From Octopus vulgaris (lineage: Eukaryota), in NCBI GenBank assembly GCA_951406725.2, contig OX597820.1:26598001-26662000 (forward strand): a DNA stretch of 64,000 nt. Reading direction: 5' to 3'. Below the pieces are notes generated by a model that was not told the origin of the DNA, ran no database searches, and saw only the letters and a list, made by a program, of their open reading frames with translations. The first letter of the stretch is position 1; each line of letters starts with the position of its first letter. The translations under genes were made by a program, and so were the position numbers. Positions 13,682 to 28,597 of the stretch are shown in pieces.

Positions 13682-13752
<71 letters not shown>

Positions 13753-14084
13753 TACCCGTTGTGTATAATCGAGAGTGTCGACATAATAATGGATACATAT
13801 ATACACAAAATCATTCCTATTCATATGCACACGCACGCAAGCTCACACACACATACACACACACGCACGCATACAAAGCCGACACACATAAACACACATG
13901 TATATACTTACACACGAATACACTAATGGATATATGCCCATTATATAAACAGTTTCATTTAGAGATGTTGAATAGATAGGGCACTCTTTGTGAATGTTTA
14001 CACGACAGACGAACGCACATGCACAGACAAGACACACACCGACACAACATACACGCAAGCATTTTGCTTGTCTGTCTGTTTCTG

Positions 14085-14121
<37 letters not shown>

Positions 14122-14263
14122 ATGCATGTATCTATTTACTTAAACACCCACCCTCCCACTTGTTCCCTTCCGTCAACTGCATGGAATGAATGTGTATACA
14201 CTCTGAGCTCACCCACAGTGAGGCTTTGTAATTCTTAAGCGTATTTCAGTTCTGGCAGAAGAG

Positions 14264-14310
<47 letters not shown>

Positions 14311-14370
14311 TGTGTATGTATGCATGTATTATATATGTATATATATATATATATATAACACACACACGCA

Positions 14371-14408
<38 letters not shown>

Positions 14409-14489
14409 TACACATACACACAAACACACATATATATATACACACACACACATATATATATACATACACACATCCATACACACACTTAT

Positions 14490-14565
<76 letters not shown>

Positions 14566-14667
14566 CAGAGGGACAGAGAGAGAGAGAGAGGGTTTATTTA
14601 ATATATACATTAAATAAACTTTCTCTACATAATAAATTATATGTTGATTTTTTCTTTTCCTTACACT

Positions 14668-14716
<49 letters not shown>

Positions 14717-15424
14717 TACATATGCAGCTAATGTGCATATTTACTAGAGTAACACAAATGTGTTCTCTGAGGAGAAACAGCGATGCAAAAAGTTACGTAA
14801 CTATTTACTAGTCTATATGCCTGAAGGAAAGTCCTTTCAAGATAGATGCATCGCTGAATTCCTAGTCAAGATATATAACTATGCATTGCATCATTTAAAC
14901 CAAGGATGGTGAATTTGTAAACTTCAGTCTCAGCTTCCCTGCAAAACTTGTCTTTTCGGTTGAGAGACGCATCACTCATCTCTACAACGTTGCAGAAAAG
15001 CTATTCGTGAAAGGAGTATAATTCAACCCCCGTCTCTCCCCCTCTCTCTCTATCTCTTTCTCTCTCTCACACACACTCACTTATATACACATACACACAC
15101 GCACGGAGAAACACGTATACATAAATTAACGCACACATGCACAAACACGCATATATTCAGACAAACACGCACATAAACTAACATACATACACACACACGG
15201 ACATACACATAGAGCAATGCACGCATAAACACATGCACGTACTGATGAAGGCATAGACAATCACATACACATACACAAACACACACATTTACAGATAAAC
15301 ACACACATACACGCACATATACATACATGCTCCGATATACACATACATAAAGACACTGACAAATATACGCACTAACACACACACACAAACGCGCAGAGAC
15401 AAACATACTTATAAACGCACATAA

Positions 15425-15806
15425 GGAGGCGCAATGGCCCAGTGGTTAGGGCAGCGGACTCGCGGTCGTAGGATCGCGGTTTCGATTCCCAGACCGGGCG
15501 TTGTGAGTGTTTATTGAACGAAAACACCTAAAGCTCCACGAGGCTCCGGCAGGGGGATGGTGGTGATCCCTGTTGTACTCTTTCACCACAACTTTCTCTC
15601 ACTCTTACTTCCTGTTTCTGTTGTACCTGTATTTCAAAGGGCCAGCCTTGTCACTCTCTGTGTCACGCTGAATATCCCCGAGAACTACGTTAAGGGTACA
15701 CGTGTCTGTGGAGTGCTCAGCCACTTACACGTTAATTTCACGAGCAGGCTGTTCCGTTGATCGGATCAACCGGAACCCTCGTCGTCGTAACCGACGGAGT
15801 GCTTCC
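15425..15806 (+). mobile_element. tRNA-derived SINE family A
   Basis: Pol III A box TGGCCCAGTGG and B box GGTTTCGATTCCC. Related copies at ~4078-4262 (+), 13380-13682 (-), 31910-32185 (-), 37923-38223 (+) and 61777-62060 (+). Confidence 0.85.
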
Positions 15807-15876
15807 ACCAAACGCACATAAGCACACACAGAGACAAATACAAACATCGTTATACACACATAAAAATACACATATA

Positions 15877-16285
15877 CGAGGTCTGATCAAAATGTATCAG
15901 GACGGCTGTTATAAAAAGAAGACTACAACCAGAGCCGGATTTACCATTGTGCTCAGGTGTGCTCAAGCACAGGGTGCCGTTGACCAGAGGCCCCTTACAT
16001 GGCCCCTGTCCAAGTAAGGGACCTCGTAACTTAGCAAGCATAGGGCCACGTTGACGAGAGGCCATGTAAGGGGTCCCTGGTCAACAAGGCCTTGTCCAAG
16101 TAAGGGGCCTTACAACTTAACTAGCACAAGGCCTCATTTGTCCTAAATCTGGCATTGGCTACAACACATATCAATTCGGCATTGAATCCCTTCGAAGTCG
16201 TCCTCTTCAGGAGCCATACGCTTTACCCAGTATCGTTTCCATTGATGGAAGCATCCATGGAACTCCTTCTTTGGGTTAGTGTCTT
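15877..16285 (-). mobile_element. Mariner-like 3' remnant
   Basis: TIR-like end TA|CGAGGTCTGATCAAAA. The minus strand reads PKKEFHGCFHQWKRYWVKRMAPEEDDFEG, resembling a mariner transposase C-terminus. Confidence 0.65.
15930..16157. mobile_element. hAT-like MITE nested in the mariner remnant
   Basis: Termini CAGAGCCGGATTTA...TAAATCTGGCATTG, 8-bp TSD ACTACAAC/GCTACAAC (7 of 8 match), and internal repeats TGTCCAAGTAAGGG. Confidence 0.75.
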
Positions 16286-16649
16286 ATTTCCTTAATATGT
16301 TGGATCGTTATTACGTCCACTTCGGTATACAGTAGACTTAGTAAAACCAGTTAAGACACGACTATCTCTGACCGCCTACTTCGTACTCTGGTACTTCACG
16401 TACTTCTCTTTACTTATAGTGACCGGGTTATTCCGGTCGTCACGTGGGAGGGGTATACCATTATTACTAATGTCCTACAACAGTTAGCGAGCAGCTGCCT
16501 CGTCGCATTCTCAAGGATTTTCACGACGTCTTAAAATCTTCTTCCTTTCAAATGGGATTTGACCTTTGACGCACGCACACACACACACATTTTATCTGCC
16601 ATGGCCTCTGATGGAACCTCTGTGTGGTGAGAGGACCACCCTCTACACA

Positions 16650-16832
16650 CTTTACTTCCAAGCTCTGCTGTAAACAACAGAGTTCTTTTACAGGACTTAG
16701 AAAAACTGAAGGTCCACTGCAATAAGTGTGTGAGTCTCAGAGGGGAATATGTTGAATAAAACCACAAAATTAGCAGATCCTCCTGTATTTTCTTGTAACC
16801 AAAGCCAGGAACTTTTCAGTAGCCTCCTCGTA
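16650..16832 (+). mobile_element. Mariner-like 3' remnant
   Basis: Reads DLEKLKVHCNKCVSLRGEYVE*, followed by the TIR-like end AACTTTTCAGTAGCCTCCTCG|TA. Confidence 0.7.
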
Positions 16833-17329
16833 CATTCTTCGTTAATTAACATGGAAGAGGATTTTGTTACCATTTTTAGCTGCTTGATACATTCAGGGCG
16901 GAATACAGAGAAATACGTGAATCAGAGAACTGGCGAATCGCTATTTCAACCTAATTAGGTCTCATTCAGTTTTGGTGTAATTAGCCGTATTGTATAAATC
17001 TCACTCCATATATTTGTGCAAATATTTAGCCCTACGCCAATCCTGATCAAACAAAGCGATGGCCCAAGGGTTTCCAAATATGACAGCCTCCCATATTTTC
17101 ACGCAGTGCATTGAAGACTTCATTAAAAGGCGTAAGTCGAGGGAGATTTGGCTGCTATTTCTAGCATGTTGAGCTCCGCCTCTTTAGCTCGTTCAGAAAT
17201 TTGTCGTCTGGTGGCGAAGATTACTCACAGAAAATAATAGTTTGTAGAGAAAAAGGAAGTATAATATATCTTAGAAAATACAAATATATTGATTTTGAAT
17301 AAAAAAATATACAATTCATTCCTCTTGCA

Positions 17330-17575
17330 TTACAAGAATATTTCATTTCTTTTATATTCTATTATAAGAAAAATATTTTATATATTTTCTATTATAAGAA
17401 CATATATTTCATTAATATTCTGTTACAAGAAAATATATATTTGATATATCTTGTATTATAAAATTATACATTTAATATATCTTCTATTAAAAAATATATA
17501 TATTCTATTATAATATATATATATCTAACATATATTCCGTTATAAGAATATGTGTTGAATTTATATTCTATTTCC
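17330..17575 (+). repeat. Degenerate AT-rich ~27-30-bp minisatellite
   Basis: Recurrent TATTCTATTATAAGAA motif. Confidence 0.6.
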
Positions 17576-18215
17576 CCTTAATAATGAATGATTCGAGGCA
17601 GACCGAGCCGCAAGCACGTGTGTGTATTTGTAATGTGTGCGCGCGCAAACACATTAGAGACGGACACACATATACAAGCGCGCACGCGCATGCGCACATG
17701 CACAGTCATCAGTTTTAAGAGTCGGCAATATAATTGATACAATTTTATTTTTTAATAGAGTTTTATGTCAGTAATGCGTTCAAAAAAAAAAAAAAAAAAA
17801 AAAACCCAACCACACAAAAAAAAAACCAAACAAACAAACAAACAAAATACAACAACCAGCAATCGCACTTTAAGAAAATGTAACTGCATTCATACATACT
17901 CACTATCGATACATATAAAAATACACACACACACACACACATATATGTAATTATACACACACACACATATATATATTGATATATGCATAAATAAATGTGT
18001 GTGTATATATATATGCATATATATATATGCCTATACATATATATGCATATATTTATATGTATATATATATGTATGAATACATATATATATATCTATATAT
18101 ATATACACACACATACACACACGTATGTATATATGCTATCTTATATATACATATAATATAATGTAAGTTGACGAAATAATTGCAGTGATTTTAAATAACT
18201 TCGTCCATTCCATTT

Positions 18216-18290
<75 letters not shown>

Positions 18291-18315
18291 CTCTCTCTCT
18301 CTCTCTCTCTCTCCC

Positions 18316-18375
<60 letters not shown>

Positions 18376-20763
18376 CCTACTAACCTACCTCTCTCTCCCC
18401 CTCTCTCCCCTCTCTCTTTTTATCTATCTGTTATCAAATCAAATATAGGGAATAACACATCCATGATTACAAGAAAACCGAAGTATCCCAAAATCGAACT
18501 AATTTGATCGAAGCTGAACGGACGAGACAATATATATTCGTAGCATTTGAAGCAGATCTGATCATCGTTTTATCCCCCATGACCCATGTATATGAGTATT
18601 TCAATTGATCAGAATGTAAACTCTATAATGTCCAGTTTGCTACGAGGGTCTTCCATCCAGACTGATCAAAATGCAAACTTATATCATTATATATGTTTTG
18701 TAATTTAAATTGGGTGCGAGGTGAAACAATTGTAGGTAATATTAAAGAATAAATAAATAAATTTATATCCATCAAATCTCTCCATTTTCAAACTTATTAA
18801 TAATATTTTATGTTTTATAATATATTTATAGAAGAAACATCTCTTCTAAATGTAATATATCAAACCAGTGTATCTTAGATAAAACTATCTCTATAAGAGA
18901 TTTAAATATCCTCATGCACGTATATATCTATTTCGCTTGTACATCTGTTCCACTGTAACTATTCAATGTCATTTTCATTGTTTTGCTTGTTTCACTCATT
19001 GAACTGTAACCATGCTGGGTCACCGATTTGAAGCTTTTAGTCGAACAAATCGATCCCAGTGCTTATTGGTCTCTCTTGCCGAACTGTTAAATTACGGGAC
19101 GTAAAGAAACCAATATCGGTTGTCAAGCGGTCTTCATATAAGCTTTTGCAGTTACACAGGACTATTACCATCATAACCAAGCTTTAATTACTGAAGTTTT
19201 TAATCAGAGCTACTATATTGATTAAAATATGCAATTCCGATATCCATCTTATTAATTATTACGTCCATTACCAAAGTAGTGAAGTAGCAGAGTCGTTAGA
19301 TCTCAAAACTGAGTTTATGTACTCAGCAATCTGAGATCAAATCCGTTCGAGGCCAACGTTACCTTTTATCCTTTTAGGGTTCAAAGAACAGTACAAATGG
19401 TGGACGGTGGACTGGCAGAAGTGTAAGAACATCAGTTTAAATGCCTCTTAGTATTTGTCCTGACACACTACTTTCTGAGATCAAATTCCACAGAGGTTAA
19501 TTTTTCCTTTTTTTTCTTTCGAGGTCGATATAAAATTACCAATGCAAAGGGCTGGGTTGGCAGAAGTGTAATAGCGTCAGATCAGATGCCAATGCAGGAT
19601 TTATTCTGGCTATCTTCTCTGAGATCAAATCCTGCCAGAGTCGATTGCGCCTTTCATCCTTTCCGGGATCGATAAAATGTACCGAAGTAGGTCGTTGGAT
19701 TGGCCAAAATTGACCAAAACGTAAGAAGCTTTGATCGGATGTCATGGCTCTTTGCCTTCTGAGTCAACTTCTGCCTAAGTGTGCTAAGAAGCACCCACTA
19801 CAATCTGCGAGCCAAGCGTAACAAGCAAGACATCTCCTCACAGCAATTATCGGTACAAAGTTGCCAAAGCTTGGTGGAGTATTTGAGAGAGGGTTCATCA
19901 AATTGTAACAAGTACCCTGGTGAATAAGTGATTGGATTTAGGTTATTTCTTTTACTTGTTTCAGTCACTGGACTGCGGCCATGCTAGGATACAACCTTGA
20001 GGGATTTTTGTCGAACAGACCAACCTTAGCACTTATTTTAAAGAATGGTGCGTATTGTTCTTATTTTATAGGTATTTTTTCCCCGCGCCGTTAAATTACG
20101 GAGACGTAAACAAACCAACACTTTTTCAAGCGCCATCATATACATATATAAAAAATAAAAATAAATGCGCCCTTTTTTAAAGCCTAGCCAAGCCCATGGG
20201 CCCGGTTTCCCCGGTTTCTATGGCGTATGTGTTCCCCAGCTGAACAGGACGCCAGTCCATCGCAGCGTTACTCATTTTTGCTAGCTGAGTGGACTGGAAC
20301 AACGTGAAATGAAGTGTTTTGCTCAAGAACACAACGCGTCGCCCAGTCCAGGAATCGAAACCACAATATTACGATCATGATGCTGACACCCTAACCACTA
20401 AACCACGCATCTCCACACACACACGAAATAAAAGCAGTCCCAGTGTAATAAATAATATTAAATACATATACGAATATAAATGCTTAGTGTATTTCTCGGT
20501 AGCTGCAATGACATAGCTGAGTATATAAACTCTCGTTGTCGCCGGTGTCAAAACACTTTAGTCATGGACAGACGAGATTACACATCTTTAACCCCATTTG
20601 GAAGTGATGGACAGCGATGTTTCACCATTTTTGTGGCTTGTCAGCATCACGCACTCTCTTGGTTTGAAAGCGAATCACCCAACCAGTCCACGACCTATAT
20701 GCTCATGGCTTGTGAAATCATGAACTGGTATGAAAATTGCATACATGAGAGAAAATTGACATA

Positions 20764-20938
20764 AGGCGTTGGAGTGACTGTGTGGTAAGTAGCTTGCTTA
20801 CCAACCACTTGGTTCTGGGTTCAGTCCCACTGCGTGGCACCTTGGGCAAGTGTCTTCTACTATAGCCTCGGGTCGACCAAAGCCTTGTGAGTGGATTTAG
20901 TTGACGGAAACTGAAAGAAGCCCGTCGTATATATATGC

Positions 20939-21010
<72 letters not shown>

Positions 21011-21225
21011 ATACGTTTGTGTGTCTGTGTTTGTCCCCCACAACATTGATTGACAACCAATGTTGGTGTGTTTACGTCCCCGTAACTTAGCGGTTCGGCG
21101 AAAGAGACCAATAGAATAAGTATTAGGCTTATAAACAATAAGTCCTGGGGTCGATTTGCTCGACTAAAGGTGGTGCTCCAGCATGGCCACAGTCAAATGA
21201 CTGAAACAAGTAAAAGTAAAAGAGT
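20764..21225 (+). mobile_element. Composite SINE family C with internal (TA)n/(TG)n and a GTAAAAGA-type tail
   Basis: tRNA-like head, CCTTGGGCAAG core, microsatellite, conserved 3' half. Copies at ~910-1115, 5390-5730, 6920-7230, 26960-27330, 37800-38505, 45285-45708, 47085-47440 and 54016-54465. Confidence 0.85.
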
Positions 21226-21579
21226 ATATGAAGCAAAAGTAGCTCCAATGCAATAAATATTATTAAACACATATACTAATGTATATGCTTTGTGTACTTT
21301 CCAGTTGGTAGGGTGATCGCCTTCAACCCTAGAGGATGCGTGATGCTGAACAGCCACAAAAAATGGCGAAGCATCGATGTCCAACACTCATAAATGGGAT
21401 TGAGGATGAGTTATCTCCCCTGTTCATGACTTTAAGGTGTTTTAACACCGGCATTGTGTAAGTTATATAAGTTATATACTCCGCTATGCCATTGCACCCA
21501 CCGGAAAATACACGAAGCGTATACGTTAGTATTTGTATTTTTATAATAATAATTTGTGTACTTGGAAGTATCAGCACTC

Positions 21580-21784
21580 AACTACCAGCATGGATAAAAA
21601 AAAGATTGGTGCAAGTGTGAAGGTAGAACACCCACAAAAATCGGCATTGCTTGGAACTGCGAGAATTCTTTGCAGGTTTCTTGAAGCATGACCAGTAAAC
21701 AAGTGTCACATTAGTCTCCTGGCTGTGGACAGCTGACACTTTCCACCATACCCAGCAAAATAAGGTGTGAGTTTTCATATAGTA

Positions 21785-21846
<62 letters not shown>

Positions 21847-21860
21847 AACAATAAGAAGAA
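21580..21860 (+). mobile_element. R4/Dong-clade non-LTR retrotransposon 3' end with (TAA)n tail
   Basis: Reads IGASVKVEHPQKSALLGTARILCRFLEA*, then a 3'UTR and (TAA)n. Confidence 0.8.
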
Positions 21861-21968
21861 GAAGAAGAAGAAACCCAGTATAGTGATGTATATATATACT
21901 TTTGTGTGCACGTGTATATGTGCAGGCTTGCAACTGTGCATATGTGTGGGTGTGTGCGTGTGTACCTT

Positions 21969-22010
<42 letters not shown>

Positions 22011-22380
22011 TGTGTGTATATGTGTGTGTACATATTTTGCTGCCAGGTTGTTTCACAGGTTCGGACAACTTCATTCACAGGTGACTCTATACAAATTTGA
22101 TTATCATCTAACACCTGTTTTACTTTTTTCTGTTTATTTCCCCCAAATAAACGTCTAATAGCGGATCCATTTTTGATATAAATGATAATTCCCCGTCTTC
22201 CTCTCTTTCGAAATCCTGGCTAGGCTCACTTATTTGTATATTTGTATATTTGTGGTAACAGAATGCAGCAGCAAAAAAACAAAAAAACAAAACAAAACAA
22301 AAAATGGCAAAACATAAAACCCTTTCTATATTTTACAGGTTGACAAACATTGCAGCAGCAGAGACACACAGTGCACCACT

Positions 22381-22427
22381 TCAAACCACAATGGTAACTA
22401 ATAAAAAAATGATAAAACATAAGCTAC
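22381..22427 (-). CDS. Candidate alternative terminal exon giving a hydrophobic C-terminus
   Basis: ATATTTTCAG|GTAGCTTA...GTGGTTTGA. The phase-1 reading is (G)SLCFIIFLLVTIVV*. Could be chance, because T-rich DNA tends to translate as hydrophobic residues. Confidence 0.2.
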
Positions 22428-22539
22428 CTGAAAATATTATAATTGTCCTAACTTTACAAGCTCTATACCAATCGCCATGTAAAATATGGGACGTTTTTCT
22501 GCCGCACTCTCTGTTTCTTTATGTGTACGTGTGTATATG

Positions 22540-22594
<55 letters not shown>

Positions 22595-22931
22595 AAGAGA
22601 GAGAGAGTATTCTTTTATTATATAATGCATTTTTTCCGTATTGTCTTTAGGTTTTGCTTACAAGGATGAGAATCTGTAGAGGTTAGATTTCAGTTCTTTT
22701 ATCTTGGGTTTTCGAGTTTAGTGTTAATAATAATTCTGTCTGTGAAGTAGTTTTGTGGCTAGTATACTCATTGCTGTCACGAACAACCTGTTCTTGACAA
22801 CTTGGTCACCCATTACCAATAGCAACAGTGTCAAACCTACTTCTATTGCCATCACTACGAACCAGTCCGATCTACACCCTGGTGGTGGGTGGAGGAGAGG
22901 ACGACACGACAAGGACCACAACCACTACCAG

Positions 22932-22983
<52 letters not shown>

Positions 22984-24016
22984 TCAACAACATTGGAATT
23001 TTAGACTCTATACCTTCTCCTCTCCCCCTGCTCCCCCACATCCTGTTGCTCCTCCAAAATCAACATTATACCCTCTACGTCCACCATCACCACCACCACT
23101 ACCACCACTACCACCACTACCACCACCATCACTATATCCGTCCTTATAACCACTACATCGACCATCTACCCCGCCTCCACCACCCCTCCTCCATCACCAC
23201 CTCCATCACCACCATTAATACCAACATTATAACTTATACCTACAACTAGCAGCAGCACCCCCCACCACCACCTTAACAACCAATTTAACAACCAAAAAAC
23301 CAGTCATCCCCGATTCAATGACGGAACCTCTATATGCTCTCTCTTCACCTGCTAGAAATATCAGTTAAACCTCCCTCATATCATACCCCAGCGTGATAAA
23401 TAAGGAAGGACAAATCGCACAATGTCGTCAGAACACTTTCAATTATAACAGGACGGGCGGCGAGATGGCACAGTCGTTAGCACGCCGGGCAAAATGCTTA
23501 GTGGTATTTCGTCTGCTGCTACGTTCTGAGTTCAAATTCCGCCGAGGTCGACTTTGCCTTTTATCCTTTCGGGGTCGATTAAATAAGTACTGGGGTCGAT
23601 ATAATCAACTCAATCCGTTTCTCTGTCCTTGTTTGTCCCCTCTGTGTTTAGCCCCTTGTGGGCAGTAAAGAAATAGGTATTTCGTCCGTCCTTACGTTCT
23701 AAGTTCAAATTCCGCCGAGGCCGACTTTGCTTTTTATTCTTTCGGGGATCGATGAAATAAGTACCAGTTACACACTGAGGTCGATGTAATCGATTAACTC
23801 TCCCCTCCACTAAATTTCAGGCCTTGTGCCTACACAGTAGAAAGGATTATAGCAGGACACTGCTATATCAGGGCTGACCCGGGACAAAACAACAACAACA
23901 ACAACAACAACGGTAGCAGTAGCAGCAACAGCAGTAGTAGTAGCAGTAACAGCTACAACAACAACATTACCAGTTACCCCACCCCCACAGCAGCCAGAGC
24001 CAGTACAGTCACTTAC

Positions 24017-24100
24017 CAAACTGGTTTTCAAAATGAATGATATTTGTACATTGCCGTGTTTGTGTTAAATTTTCTGTCCCTGAACACCTCATTGTATTGG
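24017..24100 (-). CDS. Candidate alternative cassette exon of the same gene
   Basis: TACCACTTCAG|CCAATAC...CAGTTTG|GTAAGT. 84 nt, open in phase 1-1: (A)NTMRCSGTENLTQTRQCTNIIHFENQF. Splice sites are good but no domain is recognisable. Confidence 0.3.
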
Positions 24101-24372
24101 CTGAAGTGGTATATGGTAAGGGTGGGTCTGAGGTTGTAGTATATGTTCCAGTATGTGGTGCGGTGTGTTGTGGTGCGGTGTGTTGAGGTGTGGCGAGGTG
24201 CTGTGGTGAGTGTATCTATGTCTGTGTGTAAAGGAATGCAGATGTCGGTTGTATGCGTAATTGTGGTTAGACTACATATGTATGTATACAAGTATGTATG
24301 TATGTATGCGTATGTATGTATGTATGCGTATGTATGTATGTATGTATGTATGCAAGTATGTATGTATGTATG

Positions 24373-24412
<40 letters not shown>

Positions 24413-24500
24413 TCTTTTCCCGTTTGCACAGCCTTGTTGTAACAGCTGAGGTCGCAGCAGGGACTGGTCTGAAAATGGGCATTGGTGTGTGTGTGTGTAT

Positions 24501-24533
<33 letters not shown>

Positions 24534-25043
24534 AGTGTGTCTGTGTATGTGTGTGTGTGTGTCTGTGTGTGTATAGGTATGTAAACACACTTGTACTTGT
24601 GTGTATTTGTGTTTGCATATGTGTGTGTGTATGTGTATAGGTATGTAAACACACTCCTACTTGTGTGTATTTGTGTGTTTGCCTATGTGTGTGTATGTGT
24701 GTGTGTGAGTGTAGGTACGTAGGTACATATTTATATACCTGTAGTTATATCTGTGTGCGTATTAAAAAAAATATGCCGTTTCTTTGATTTCCTGGCCGAG
24801 TTGATAGCAAAGATTGATCCGACTGAGACTGTTGTGTAGGCGGTAGTGTGATGTGGTATTGTATGCATGAACAAGCACACACATTCCACACACAGTTATA
24901 AGTATGTATGTATGTAGGTATGTATTATATATGTGCGTGTATATATAAGTATGGTGATGCAAATAGGAGAACTAGAACTCAAAATATGAGCGTAAGTATA
25001 TTTTTATTAACATCTAGTAGATGTTCGTGCATTGGCACTTATG

Positions 25044-25106
<63 letters not shown>

Positions 25107-25180
25107 GATGTATATATGATGTGATGTAGTCGTATGTGTGTGTATGTATGCCAACACACACACATATATATATATTATAC

Positions 25181-25256
<76 letters not shown>

Positions 25257-25289
25257 CTGTCTGTCTATCTGTGTCTGTCTGTCTCTCTC

Positions 25290-25358
<69 letters not shown>

Positions 25359-26764
25359 ATATATATAGATCGATAGATAGATAGATAGATAGCGTGTGTG
25401 TTTGTGTGGGTGTGTGTGTGTGTCTTCACATACATTCGTGGCTACTTCTATCCAATGAGTCTACTTTTTCAAGACACCAGAATGTATTTTGCGGGAGATT
25501 CGGTTGTTATTATTCAAAGCAGGGTGAGTAACATCTAGCCTGCTGGTAAAATTTCGCCCTTATTCAATATGAAACCAGCAACTGACGAAGTCCTCAATAA
25601 TCATATGAAGACCCCACCTACATAAAATTCAACGAAAAGAGGTCTATTCTTTCTTAACGTTTATTCAGGATTAAACGGCTGTGCTTTACATTATGCAGCA
25701 GTTCTATTCATAATAAAATTAAGGTGACGTAAATCGACCGAATTCAATTAAAATGACTGACCCGGTTCCCTAAAAATGACTAGCCTTGATCTTAAATCAG
25801 AAACAATTATTTAAGCGCAACATTGACAGAATTGTTACAGCGTTGGAAGTGAAGGTGTGGCTTAGTGGTTAGGCTATTCGATTCACGGTTTTAAGGTCGT
25901 GATGTTCGATTCTATTGACATTGCATATTTATGAATATATTATGTTTGTGCCATCTTTTAAAGGACGAGGAGGACGTGTGCTTATTGAGGAAGATCGAAG
26001 ATGGTTGCTATTTCTAGCATTTCTAGAAACCACACAAAGGCATTAGCAATATCTATGCGTTTGCCCGTTTTATAACAGTCTGGATTGAATGGTATGACTA
26101 GTGATATAAGAATGGTGTTGTAGGAATGTTCTGTCCGGTGTAGGCATGGCTGTGTGGTTAAGAAGCTCGCTTCGCAACTACATAGTTTCCATTTCAATCC
26201 CACTGTACGGAACCTTGGGCATATGTCTTCTACTACAGCCTCGGGTCGGCCAAGGCGTTGTGAGTGGGGAAACAGTGTAAGCTTTACATACATCAAACAA
26301 ACGTATCAAATACTGTTGAAAGTTATAATTCAACTACGAATATTAAATAAAATTCACATTCCCTTTGCTCTTAACAGCTCTTTTATTATATTTCCCTTGT
26401 TATATTGCTTGTTTTAATGGAATGCTTAGAGAATGCTGTAAATATGGAGTACATAACAAAAGAAACACAAAAGGCTTTATAATAAAATTTATATCAAACT
26501 TAGAATATTTGTTCTAAATATGGGACATTAGCCGTTAATGGGTGAATAACAATAATTTCGTTCTTATCGGGCTGTGAAAGACAGATTTGGTATTCATAGG
26601 CGACTAAAAGAAAAGACGTAGAAACGCATGTATCGTACGATCCAATGACGTCATCCACAGCCCAAAAATATGTTTTCGCACACGACTAGGAGGACTATTT
26701 CTGCAACAGAAAGTTTCCTCACGTCCGAATACATTCGAACGTGTTAAATATTACAGTACACGAA

Positions 26765-26859
<95 letters not shown>

Positions 26860-26912
26860 GTGCTTGTCTGTGTGCTTGTCTGTTTGTCTGTCTGTCTGTG
26901 TGTCTGTCTGTT

Positions 26913-26947
<35 letters not shown>

Positions 26948-28114
26948 GTATTTATCCAAATATGGCTGAGTGGCAAGAAGTTTCTTTCTCAACCACATTA
27001 TTCGTAGTTCAGTTCCACTGCGTGGCACCTTGGGCAAGTGTCTTCTACTATAACCTCAGGCTGATCAAAGCCTTGTGAGTGAATTTGGCAGACGGAAACT
27101 GAAAGAAGCCCGTGTGTATGTCTTTGTGTCTGTGTTTTTCCTCCACCGCCGCCCGACAACTGGCGTAGGTGAGTTTAACTTCCTGTAACATTAGCGGTTG
27201 AGCAAGAAGTGTTCGATAAAATTAGTACTAGGTTTCAAAAAATAAGTCCTAGGGTTGATTTGTTCGAGTAAAACCTTTAAAGGCAATGTCCCAACATGGC
27301 CGCAGTCAAATGAGTGAAACAAGTAAAAGATACACACACAGAGGTATACACTCGTATATACCATGTGGTTAGTAAGCAAGCTACTTACCACACAGCCACT
27401 CCTACGCCTTTTAGGTTAAGTTTTATTTGTGAACTATAGTTGCTTTGAATTTGCTTCAGAAAGAGGTCTATGTTTATGATGGTGGGTTGGGGTAGGGACA
27501 CTAGGAATGTGGCCGAGGGTGTCAAGGGGGTGGCAACCCGAAAAAGTTTGGGAACCACTTGTGTAAACCCTACGAGGCAAGTGCTCCAGCATGGCCGCAG
27601 TCCAATACCCGAAGCGACGAAGAGAGTTCAAGTGTAGTGAGTCATGATGTAGCTATGTCTGTTTACTTAGGGCTACAGAATATATGGTGTCAGGTACATG
27701 ATTATTTGTCTTTTTTTTCGCCACTAAATAAAATGAAGTCTTGGCACGTCCAGATGGGTTATCTGTATTTTGTATACTACTAGTTATTGTTATAATTATT
27801 GTTGTTGCTTAAACCGTAGGTTAGCATTAATAGAACGGGCATCAATGATCAAAGGCGTTCCCTCTGAGATTAGATCGTGTTAATCTTATGGTTTATTCCC
27901 CACCAACTTGTTTTTGTTTGCATAATGTTTTCTAAGGTTTCATCATTTCTATATTGGTTGTAATCCGTGTAAACACCTGAACGTTTGAAATAGACGTATG
28001 CATGTATGTGGATACAGGTGAACATGTGTGCGTGTGTGTATATGTATAAATACATACACACATATACACAGACATATATAGTATTTCATATACTATACAT
28101 ATATACAAACATAC

Positions 28115-28163
<49 letters not shown>

Positions 28164-28193
28164 TAAGCTATCTATATTCTGAGAAAAGATACG

Positions 28194-28334
<141 letters not shown>

Positions 28335-28542
28335 TATATATATAGTATATATGCATGTGTGTGTATATGTGCCTGTGCATGTATCATTGCTTGTGTCTTT
28401 GTGCGTGTTTTAGCTTGCACAAGTATATGCAATTGTTTGATACGGGCAGAATATATGTGTAGCGGTCGACAGTGTGAAATAGCTGAAATGGTTGTATAAC
28501 TATGAGGGTATGGGTAAGAATATTTACACACACACATATGTG

Positions 28543-28597
<55 letters not shown>

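Noticed and set aside
15425-15500. tRNA-like cloverleaf heads as functional tRNA genes
   Set aside because: They continue into SINE bodies, lack a proper acceptor stem and terminator, and occur as many diverged copies.
22030-22220. Open minus-strand frame ...VLDDNQICIESPVNEVVRTCETTWQQN
   Set aside because: No good splice sites or domain similarity, and it runs into (CA)n.
22755-23249. Thr/His-rich 164-aa mucin-like ORF (similar case 62654-63094)
   Set aside because: Built from (ACT)n/(CAC)n repeats and on the opposite strand to the supported gene.
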